Shown here: piece by piece, positions 52,387 through 62,200 of the stretch
Layout of the letters: every line of letters begins with the position of its first letter
How positions within the stretch are numbered: the first letter of the stretch is position 1
Source: an uncultured Bacteroidales bacterium
GTDB lineage: Bacteria; Bacteroidota; Bacteroidia; Bacteroidales; FEN-979
Direction of reading: 5' to 3'
DNA length: 64,000 nucleotides
Assembly: GCA_903926565.1 (NCBI GenBank)
Contig: CAIYJU010000135.1
Span: 6,751-70,750 of the forward strand
The notes under the pieces: model-generated
The model's input: the letters and a program-made list of their open reading frames with translations, nothing else
What the model was told of the DNA's origin: nothing
Databases searched by the model: none
Program-made: the position numbers and the translations under genes

Positions 52387-52671
52387 ATGCACAACGAAAC
52401 TGCTCATATAACCCCTTACCGGGCCCATGCATGGGTGCTGATCACCCTGCTGACACTGACATTTGTTACCATTACCGTGACCTGGGTCGATTTATCGGCA
52501 CTAACGGTGCTTGTGGCCATGCTGATCGCTTCGGTCAAAGCATACATCGTGCTCACCTATTTTATGCATTTAAAATTCGAATCGTCATTGTTTCGGGTAT
52601 TCGTTGTCATGGTGCTGGCTATCTATGTGCTGGTTATTTTGTTTACGTTATCGGATTATTTGTTTCGGTAA
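52387..52671 (+). CDS. cytochrome c oxidase subunit IV (prokaryotic COX4 family)
   Basis: 94 aa with three TM segments. KAYIVLTYFMHLKFE is the family motif. Confidence 0.78.
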   Translation: MHNETAHITPYRAHAWVLITLLTLTFVTITVTWVDLSALTVLVAMLIASVKAYIVLTYFMHLKFESSLFRVFVVMVLAIYVLVILFTLSDYLFR

Positions 52672-52741
52672 ACGGGTAAGCGGGTAAACAGGTTAGCGGA
52701 GCCAACAATCGTAAATCGTAAATCATACAATCGTAAATCAA
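52668..52741. repeat. second copy of the composite intergenic element
   Basis: gtaaacgg gtaagcgg gtaaacag gttagcgg agcc aaca, then TCGTAAAT at 52709, 52716 and 52731. This is the same architecture and box spacing (7 and 15 bp) as at 52305-52380. Confidence 0.85.
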
Positions 52742-52745
52742 AAAT

Positions 52746-53651
52746 ATGGGTGCTTCAAATTTTGTTGAAGGTGTAGATCTGGCCTTTAAAGTCATTTTCG
52801 GGATCAGTCTGTTTTTCCTTGTCGGGATAACTTCGGTCATGCTCTTTTTCGTATTCAGGTACAGCAAAAAGAGACATCCTGTGGCAGTGCAGATCAAAGA
52901 TAACAACATCCTTGAATTCACCTGGATCACCATCCCGCTGATCCTGGTACTGCTGATGTTCTATTATGGATATATCGCCTTCAGCCCGCAACGGATTGTC
53001 CCCAAGGATGCCATTCCCATCACGGTTATCGGGAAAATGTGGGTCTGGACTTTTGAATACGAGGGAGGAAAGCAATCACCGGTACTGGTAGTTCCACTTA
53101 ACAAGGCCGTTAAACTGAACCTCCACTCCGAAGATGTCATCCACAGCCTCTACATCCCCGCATTCCGCATCAAGGAAGATGTGGTGCCCGGAAAAGAAAA
53201 TTACATGTGGTTCATTGCCCAGCAACCGGGCGAATATGATGTGTTGTGTACCGTATATTGCGGACTTCGCCACTCTTACATGGAAACCAAAACGAAGGTC
53301 GTTTCGGAAGCCGAATATGCCGCCTGGCTGAAAGCGTTGCCCGAAAAATCGACAGAGCCTGAAGGACTTGTCATCCTGAAGAAAAATGCCTGCACCGGCT
53401 GTCATTCAATTGACGGGACCAAGATCGTAAGCGCATCATTTAAAGGCCTTTATGGCAAGTCAGAAAAAGTCATGACCAATGGGGCTGAACGAACGATCAC
53501 TGTTGATGACGAATATCTCAAATCTTCTGTTTACACCCCCGACAAAGATATCGTGGTTGGTTACCAGAAAGGGATCATGAAGACATACCAGGGCATTGTC
53601 AAAGACGATGAGATGACAAAGATCATCGACTATTTAAAAAGCATCAAGTAA
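52746..53651 (+). CDS. ctaC: cytochrome c oxidase subunit II with fused C-terminal cytochrome c domain (caa3-type)
   Basis: 301 aa with two N-terminal TM helices. CuA site DVIHS...CTVYCGLRHSYM, and a C-terminal CTGCH haem c motif. Confidence 0.92.
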   Translation: MGASNFVEGVDLAFKVIFGISLFFLVGITSVMLFFVFRYSKKRHPVAVQIKDNNILEFTWITIPLILVLLMFYYGYIAFSPQRIVPKDAIPITVIGKMWVWTFEYEGGKQSPVLVVPLNKAVKLNLHSEDVIHSLYIPAFRIKEDVVPGKENYMWFIAQQPGEYDVLCTVYCGLRHSYMETKTKVVSEAEYAAWLKALPEKSTEPEGLVILKKNACTGCHSIDGTKIVSASFKGLYGKSEKVMTNGAERTITVDDEYLKSSVYTPDKDIVVGYQKGIMKTYQGIVKDDEMTKIIDYLKSIK

Positions 53652-53665
53652 ACTCCTTACAATCT

Positions 53666-54532
53666 TTGCAGACCTCCGGCTTCCGAGTAATCCTTACTTT
53701 AACAAGATTCCCTGTTTCACTGGCAGTGACCTTTACGGCTTTTACCGCCCTGTTGCTGAGCCCGGTTGACCTCACTCCGGCCTCCCTGATTCCGGTGGCC
53801 GGCATTTTCCTGCTCGCTTCCGGTGCTTCTGCCTTCAACCAATACCAGGAGTGGCCTTACGACGAAAAGATGGAGCGCACACGGAGACGGCCGCTGCCAT
53901 CGCGCCGGATCACCACTGCAGAGGCACTCAGGTATTCAACAATGTTCATCATCGGGGGAATGCTGCTGCTGCTCTATTATGCCCCGCCTGTTTGTTTTCT
54001 CCTGGGGCTGGGAAATCTTGTCTGGTACAACGGCGTTTACACCTATCTGAAGCGAAAAACCGCATTTGCAGTCGTTCCGGGAGCACTTACAGGGGCCATC
54101 CCCATCTTCATGGGCTGGACAGCCGGGGGCGGCTCGCTGCTTGCACCTGAAGTTCTGTTCCTGGCATTTTTCCTTTTTCTCTGGCAGATGCCCCATTTCT
54201 GGCTGCTTACTCTTAAATACGGGCATGAATATCGCAATGCCGGCTTCCCGGTGCTGAACGACCTGTTCTCCGAATTCCAGATCAGGAGCGTTGTGATGGG
54301 GTGGATGATCGCCTCGTCGGGAGCTTCCATCATGCTGGTGCTGTTTAAAATACTGGCACATCCTGTGCTTGGTTATGCAATTATCGGGTTGAACATGTCA
54401 TTGCTGATCGTGATGTTCTGGCAGCTGTTCATGGCATCTTCTCTTCGTTACCGGCTGATTTTCATTGCCGCCAACCTGTTCATGCTGATCGTGATGCTGT
54501 CGCTGATTGCCGACAGGTTTGTGAGTGGCTGA
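53666..54532 (+). CDS. ctaB: protohaem IX farnesyltransferase (haem O synthase)
   Basis: 288 aa polytopic UbiA-family protein (NQYQEWPYDEKMERTRRRPLP). Position next to the oxidase genes supports the call. Confidence 0.88.
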   Translation: MQTSGFRVILTLTRFPVSLAVTFTAFTALLLSPVDLTPASLIPVAGIFLLASGASAFNQYQEWPYDEKMERTRRRPLPSRRITTAEALRYSTMFIIGGMLLLLYYAPPVCFLLGLGNLVWYNGVYTYLKRKTAFAVVPGALTGAIPIFMGWTAGGGSLLAPEVLFLAFFLFLWQMPHFWLLTLKYGHEYRNAGFPVLNDLFSEFQIRSVVMGWMIASSGASIMLVLFKILAHPVLGYAIIGLNMSLLIVMFWQLFMASSLRYRLIFIAANLFMLIVMLSLIADRFVSG

Positions 54533-54555
54533 AAAGTAGTTTTCCAGGATTTTTT

Positions 54556-54650
54556 TCTCTGTGTTTCTCCGTGTCTCCTCAGTGGTTCTCCGTGTAATTT
54601 TTTTTATTACACAGAGTTAAAGGGAGAAGGCACGTAGAAACACAGAGAGG
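54556..54650. repeat. REP-like palindromic element built from CTCYGTG decamers (copy 1)
   Basis: tctctgtgtttctccgtgtctcctcagtggttctccgtgtaattttttttattacacagagttaaagggagaaggcacgtagaaacacagagagg. The left arm is a decamer array, the centre is an AT loop, and the right arm is the reverse complement. Confidence 0.85.
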
Positions 54651-54745
54651 TTGGGCAATATTTTAGCCGAATACCTGACCAACAGGCTCTCTTCTCATTC
54701 TGCAGAATTATCCATTAATATTAGATTTTTCCGGAATTTACGTTG

Positions 54746-54753
54746 TATCTTTG
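54746..54753 (+). promoter_or_regulatory. candidate -7 box (TATCTTTG)
   Basis: TAnnTTTG match 34 nt upstream of the ATG at 54787. A T-rich tract lies about 20 nt further upstream. Confidence 0.3.
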
Positions 54754-54786
54754 CATTTATTAAGTCTAATTTAACATAATCATCCT

Positions 54787-56178
54787 ATGAATAATAACAT
54801 TTACAGGATTCCTTTCATTATACTGACCGCCATGGTCATCTGTACTATAAATGTGTATGCTGTCAAACGCGTTGTGTCTGTCGGAAATTTCTTTTTCAAC
54901 CCGGCAAGCATCAGCGCGAATGTTGGCGATACGATGCGCTGGGTTTGGGTTGCCGGTTTTCATACAACAACCTCATTGACCGTGCCCCCTGGTGCAGCAA
55001 TTTGGGATGCACCAATCACCAGTTCAAGCCAGACCTATGAATATAAAATAACGGTAGCCGGCAGCTACACGTATGATTGCAAAATTCACGGTCTCGGGAT
55101 GTCTGGTTCGTTTACCGCTGCAAATGTTACACCGACACTTGCCGTCGCACCATCAAATCAGAATGTAAGCGCCGCCTCGGGGAGTACTTCATTCGGCGTT
55201 ATTTCCAATTCCACATGGACGACCAGCAGCAATGCCGTTTGGTGCTCGGTAACAAGCGGCGGAACTGGAAATGGAACCATTACGGCGAATTATTTATCAA
55301 ATCCCGATGTAAGCCAACGGGTTGCATCAATTGTAGTTACAGTACCAGCCATTCCATCGCAAACAGTCACCGTTACACAGGCAGGATCGCCGCAATTACA
55401 GGCATCTGCCACCGCAACCCCTGCATCAATTATTGCCGGTCAATCTTCACAACTGGATATATCTCCAACCGGAGGCACCGGAACTTATTCCTATTCATGG
55501 ACCTCTGTTCCTGCCGGATTCACCTCAACATTGAAAAATCCCATTGTAACCCCAGCCATCACAACCGTTTACTCATGCATGGTAATGAGTGGAGCCCAAA
55601 TGGTAAACCCGACCACTTCTGTCACTGTTAATCCGGCGCCGCCGGCAACATTAATCCTCCAGAATAACACGATAATTAACGGACAATCATTTTGTTATAA
55701 TGCCAGCCAGACCATCACAGTGGGTGGCGATGGAAATTTATTTGACATTGAGAACGGGGGAATTGCGACAATGATTGCCGGACAAAATATCCTTTTTCTT
55801 CCCGGTACACTTGTTAATTCAGGTGGTAATTTGAATGCCTACATCACAGTAAATGGCCCCTACTGCACACCTGCAGCGGCACCTGCTATTTTAAGCCATG
55901 TTAAACAAGGTGAGATTCAGGGGCAAGCGACAACAACAATTTTCAGGGTTTTTCCAAACCCAACGTCAGGAGATTTTATGATTGAACAAAACGGCTCGCT
56001 TTCAGGTTCCCCAATCGCAGTTGATGTCATTGGAACTCTCGGAGAAACAGCGATATCTGAAAGACTCTCAGGAGAGTTCAGCCACAGGTTTTCTCTGGCC
56101 GGCAAACCTGCAGGAATTTATTACATCCGGTTAATTTTTGACGGCAGCACAGATGTTCTGAAACTTGTCAAACAGTAG
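54787..56178 (+). CDS. secreted cupredoxin (type-1 copper) - BACON-like - T9SS type-A CTD protein
   Basis: 463 aa. Plastocyanin-like ligand pattern (GFHTTT ... YDCKIHGLGM), a BACON-like segment (VAPSNQNVSAASGSTSFGVISNSTWTTSSNAVWCSV), and C-terminus FRVFPNPTSGDFMI...GIYYIRL. Confidence 0.8.
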   Translation: MNNNIYRIPFIILTAMVICTINVYAVKRVVSVGNFFFNPASISANVGDTMRWVWVAGFHTTTSLTVPPGAAIWDAPITSSSQTYEYKITVAGSYTYDCKIHGLGMSGSFTAANVTPTLAVAPSNQNVSAASGSTSFGVISNSTWTTSSNAVWCSVTSGGTGNGTITANYLSNPDVSQRVASIVVTVPAIPSQTVTVTQAGSPQLQASATATPASIIAGQSSQLDISPTGGTGTYSYSWTSVPAGFTSTLKNPIVTPAITTVYSCMVMSGAQMVNPTTSVTVNPAPPATLILQNNTIINGQSFCYNASQTITVGGDGNLFDIENGGIATMIAGQNILFLPGTLVNSGGNLNAYITVNGPYCTPAAAPAILSHVKQGEIQGQATTTIFRVFPNPTSGDFMIEQNGSLSGSPIAVDVIGTLGETAISERLSGEFSHRFSLAGKPAGIYYIRLIFDGSTDVLKLVKQ

Positions 56179-56240
56179 TTTAAGAAAAACATTACAGCAA
56201 CAAAACAATTAATAATAAATCATTCAACTTAATATTAAAA

Positions 56241-59200
56241 ATGAAAAACTATATTTCTTTAACAATTATCACGATTTTCCTGGTTTTCTTTTCCATAACA
56301 AACGCTTCTGCATTAACGAAAGTGATCACCCAGTCGGGAAACTGGAGTGCTCCCAGTACCTGGGGGGGCACCTCCCCTCCCATAAGCACCGATGACGTTA
56401 TCATCAATGGTGGATTCACGGTGACCATAGATGTGTCAAATGCCGCATGCCAAAGCCTGCAGCTTGGCGGATCCGTCCTGAATACGGGAACAGGAACCCT
56501 TGCCTTTACTGCTCTTTCGCAGTTAACTGTCTCCGGCATTGTAAACATCGGTCCTGTAAACAACAATGGTACAGCGGGAAGCCTAACCATGACCGCCGGG
56601 GGCACCCTTGTTTGTGACGGGATTATACTCGGAAGGCTCGGCACCTGGACTCCGGGGACTGGCACCATCGCTTTTACCGGGACCAATTCAATCCCCAACA
56701 ATACAAATATCAGTTTCAACAATTTGTCGATCAACAGCGGCACTACAACGCTAACAAGAAATTTAACGGTAACCGGTAACATCTTGGTTTTATCAGGAGG
56801 CACACTTGACGGAGGGGCCAATATTCTTAGCCTGGAGGGTAACTGGACAAACAACGGAACATTCACCGGAAGCACCTCAACTGTTACTTTTATCAGGAAT
56901 GGCAACCAGACGATAACCGGAACAGGGTTGAACAACTTCAACCTCATCAGGCTGAACATGGGAACAAGCATCAATAACACGCTCGAAGTTCTTGCTTCAA
57001 ATTTCAGCGCCCCCGACCCTTTCCTCACAATTGTCAATGGGACATTCAAGATTTCCGGGACATTCACCTTCACCAACACGTTTTTCACCGGCCCGGCTTA
57101 CACCATAGATCCTACTGCCGGATTTTGGCTGAATAATCCAAATGTGACAGTGAATGCCCAGGCAGGAGGAATTTCCAACAAGGGCCTGTTAAGACTTTCG
57201 ACGGGAACATATAATATTGGAACCGGGGTTGACAACTCGTTCGCCTACTACACAGGTTCTTCGATCATCATCGACGGGGGTATCCTCAACATTGCAGGAC
57301 AGCTGACACGCAACAACTCAACACAAACAACCTCCTATACCCAGAGCGGAGGCATTGTTACGGTAGTCGGACAAGGCTCAACAGATCCGACATTTGCGGG
57401 TTTTGACCTTGGTGCTGTTGGTTCAACCTTTACCATGTCGGGTGGAACCATCGTGATCAGAAATGCAACCAGTGCACCTTCAGATTTTTTGAATGCATCG
57501 TCGGTTGCCAACGTCACCGGAGGAGTTCTCCAGATCGGAGATGCGAACACCTTAAATGCACAGGTGATCCGGATTCAAAGCCTCCGGCCAATTGGTAATC
57601 TTTTTATTTCAAATACAACTTCGCAAGCCACAAAGCCAACAGCCCAATTGGTTACTTCAGGTTTAAATGTCGTCGGGAATGTCACAATCCAGTCGGGAAC
57701 TACTTTTAATGGCAACGGGCTAAATCTTTCCCTGGGCGGAGATTGGTCCAACAACGGGACATTTGTTCCAGGAGGCAACACCATTACCTTCAATGGTTCA
57801 GGTTCCCAGGCACTTACTACGCCGGGAGGAGAAACGCTCAACAATCTCACAATTAACAAAGTCAGCAGCACACTTACGCTGAATAATTCCCTGACAGTGA
57901 ATAATACGTTCAGCCTGGCACTGGGAACGATTTCGATCGGCAACAACACTTTAACTCTGAATGGAATTGTGACAGGCGCAGGCACCCTGACAAGTGGAGG
58001 CAGCGGCACAGTCAGCTACAACCAGGGAAGTGCCGGGCAAAATATCCTGGCATCAGGTTATGGAAATCTGATTTTCAGCAACTTCAGCAAGACACTTGCC
58101 GCATCAGGCATCATTGGCATAATGGGAACCTTCACCCCCGGAACTGCATCCGGACATACGCTAACCGGCAGTACCATTGACTTCAACGGAGGGTCTCAAC
58201 CCGTTCCTGCATTCGCCTTCAACAATTTAACGTTGAGCGGCAGTGGCATAAAATCGGGTTCAGGAACCGTTACAGTAGCAGGAACCCTGACAAACAACGT
58301 GGGTATTGACTTCTCCGGTGTGTCCATACTGAACCTGAACGGGGCAGTAAATTCGAACAATGGTACGATCAGTGCCGCCACCCTTAATGTCGGTACCGGA
58401 GCTGTACTTACGAACAACGGGACAATCACCAGCTCACTTGATTTAAACGGGCCAGGTACCCTGGTGCAGGGTGTGACCGGCAGCCTGAACATCGGCGGAG
58501 TTGCCGGCATTACAGGTCTCAACGCCACCGCGGCAGGCAATACGGTCAATTACACAGGCACTTCGCAAACACTCGTACCAGCGATCTACCACCATCTTTC
58601 ACTTTCAGGATCGGGGATACCGATCCTCGCCGGGGTGAATACCATCAATGGGAACTTCTCCTTCACAGGGAGTGTTGCGCCATCAGCTTCGGGCGACCTG
58701 GCGATTGGCGGGAACTTTACGATCGGATCCGGGACCTCATTCGACGCCGGTTCGTTCTCACATACATTAAAAGGAAACTGGGTAAACAACGGGACCTTCA
58801 TTGAAGGAATAAGTACTTTCACGCTGAACGGCAGCAGCCTGCAAACCATGAACGGTTCATCGTTTTTCAACCTTTCAGTTGCCAATGCTGCCGGAGTCAC
58901 AATACTTGCAGATGAGACTGTAAACGGGACACTCACGCTTTCAGGCGGAGTGTTTTCCCTGGGACCCCATACACTCTTCATGAATGGGGCACTTGCAACT
59001 GGAAGTGGCTCTTTGCTGGGCGGTTCATCCTCAACCATCCTGATCGGAGGATCAGGCGCAACTACAACACTGCCGAACATCACCCTGAATGCACTCACAC
59101 TGAACCGTGCAAGCGGAATTTCCCTGTCGGGAGATGTTTCAATCAGCAGCGCACTGACGATATTAAACGGCACGCTGGTTACCGGCACCAACTCAATCCT

Positions 59201-62200
59201 GCTCGGGCCAGCCGGAACCATTTCAGAACCGGCAGGGCAGCCGGTTGTAGGAAACATGACCACGACCCGTACCATCAATGCCACAACCGGGACGGTTACA
59301 TTCGGGAATATTGGCGCAGATATCTTATTAAACGGTGTGGCACCAGGCAGCACAACCGTGTTGCGTAAAACAGGAGTTGCATCATTGGGCGGCGGCCACA
59401 GTTCCATCAATCGCTATTATGAGATCACTCCTGCCACAAACACGGGATTGAATGCAGGGTTCGTATTTCATTACGACGTATCTGAAGTAAATGGTCAAAA
59501 TCCGGATATATTTGAACTTTACAGGTCAAACGACAATGGCCTGACCTGGAACAATATCGGGGGCATCGTAAACCCGGCGTTGCTGACGGTAAGCGTTGCA
59601 GGTGTCAATGATTTTTCGAGGTGGACCGCATCAGACACAAACAATCGCATCGGTAATACAATTTCGCCCTCAACTTCGAATATCAGCCCCGCAGCTGTCA
59701 CAGTAGGTAATCCGGCATTTACCCTTATTGTCAACGGTACCAATTTCATCAATGGGAAATCAACAGTACGTTTAAACGGCTTAAACAGAACAACCACTTT
59801 TGTCAGTTCAACCCAGTTAACTGCATTAATTCCCACAGGGGATTTGCTTGTTTCAGGCGCATTTCCTGTCACCGTATTCAGCTCTGGTGGTGGTGGAGAG
59901 TCTAATGCACAGACCCTGGCAGTGAATCCTGCACAGCCGGTAAAGGTAAATGTGGAGACTGCAGCCAACGGAACAGGGAGTATCGTTGCATCACAATCAC
60001 TGGTTTCCGGGTCATCAATCACGGTTTACGCGGTAGCAAGGGATGCCTCAGATAACTTTGTTGCGAACATTTCTGCCACTGCCTGGACACTGGAAAACAT
60101 ATCCGGGGGAGTTGTTGGAGGGGATCTGGTACCAGCCGTTGATGGTAAGAGTGCTGTGTTTACAGGTCATATTGTGGGTAGTACAAAAATAGCTGCAACA
60201 TCAGGAATTCTGGTGGCGACACCATCCGGGGCTATTACTGTCACACCAGGCATCTCGGCAAAGATCAGTGCAGAGACACTGGCGAATGGCACCGGGGTCG
60301 TTGTTCCCTCGCAAACCCTGGCTTCAGGGTCTTCCATGATAGTATATGCCATAACCAGGGATGCTTCAAACAATTTTATTGCTAATGTATCACCAGCCAC
60401 ATGGATTCTGGAGAACCTTTCCGGCGGAGTAGTGCAGGGGGACATGGTGATCGCACCCGATGGGAAAAGCGCTGCATTTACAGCGCATTTAGTTGGTTCA
60501 GCTGATATCAGGGTAACTTCCGGAGTATTGGCACAAACAGCGACCGGGATCATTACCGTCACCCCGGGCACCCCGGTAAAAATAAGGGTAGAAACAGCTG
60601 CGAATGGCTCAGGAACAGTTGTTCCGGCACAAATACTGGTGTCAGGATCATCGATCACTATCTATGCTATAACCAGGGATGCTTTAAACAATTTCGTGGC
60701 AAATATATCACCAACCTCCTGGATATTGGAGAACATTTCGGGCGGAGTTGTTGCAGGGGACCTGGTGGTTGCACCTGGCGGAAAAAGTGCAGTTTTCACT
60801 GGTCATGCAATCGGAACAGTGGATATCAAATCAACTTTCGGAGCGCTTGTACCAACGGCGACAGGTATCTTAACGATCACGGCGGGCTCTGCAACAAAAG
60901 TGAGGGCAGAAACGGCTGCAAACGGGTCGGGAACAGTTGTTCCGGCACAATCAGTGGCCTCAGGTTCTTCGATTAGCATATTTGCCATCACAAGGGATGC
61001 GTCAAACAATTTCGTGGCCAATATATCACCGACCTCGTGGATACTTGAGAACATTTCAGGTGGTATTGTGGCAGGTGATGTGGTAGTTGCTCCTGGCGGG
61101 AAAAGTGCAACTTTTACAGGTCATGTTACCGGGGCACTGGATATCAAGGTAACTTCCGGGGCACTGGTTCCAACTGCGACAGGAATCATTACCGTCACAC
61201 CGGGCGCGGCAGCAAAAGTGAGGGCAGAAACGGCTGCAAACGGTTCGGGAACTGTCGTTCCTGCACAATCTCTGGCCTCAGGGTCGTCGATCAGCATATT
61301 TGCCATCACCAGAGATGCTTCAAACAATTTCGTAGCCAATATATCACCAGCCTCCTGGATACTGGAAAACATTTCAGGCGGTGTTGTGGCGGGTGATCTT
61401 GTTGCGGCAGTTAACAATAAGAGTGCGATTTTCACAGGCCATCTGACTGGTATTGCTGACATTAAAGCCACCTTCGGAGTATTGCCTGCATTCCCATCAG
61501 GTTTTATCACCGTAACACCCGGAGCAGCAGCCACAATTGCCGTTGAAACTTCGGCAAACGGAACCGGGACTGTGGTTCAGGCACAGTTGCTCTCATCGGG
61601 TAATACATTGTCGGCATATGCGATTACCAGGGATGCTTCGGGCAACTACACCGCAAATATAGCACCAACCAGCTGGATTCTTGAAAACATCACCGGCAAT
61701 ATACAGGCAGGTGACCTTGTCTCCGCTCCCGATGGGAAGAGTGCAATATTCTCGGCTCATGCCAGTGGTTCAGCTGATATCAGAGCAACGCTGGGAGTAT
61801 TGGCAACAACACCATCAGGAACAATCACAGTAGGGATTCCGGCCATCCAGGTTACTCAAAATGAGTTCATCGGAACCGGACAATCAAGTTGTTACAACGC
61901 AACCCAGACAATTAATGTTGCAGGTGGAGGAACGACCTTTGTTGTCGATAACGGAGGCAGCGTTACCATGATCGCCGGTCAGAACATCATTTATCTGCCG
62001 GGAACAACAGTTAATGCCGGAGGATATATGCATGGTTATATTACTCCCAACAACCAGTTTTGTTATCCTGCACCAATTCCTGCCATTCCTGTGCTAACAG
62101 GAGAAGCGGAAACACAGCTTAACTCAGCCCAATCCCTCTTCACGACTTATCCGAATCCAACCTCCGGAGAATTCTCTCTCGAAATAAAAGGTGAAATTGA

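Noticed and set aside
56249-61534. Series of minus-strand ORFs (279, 144, 117, 274, 167, 163, 137 aa and others) inside the giant adhesin gene
   Set aside because: Open antisense frames are expected from the Thr/Gly/Asn/Val-rich repetitive coding strand. The sense ORF is continuous for 2044 codons and has a signal peptide and a T9SS CTD.
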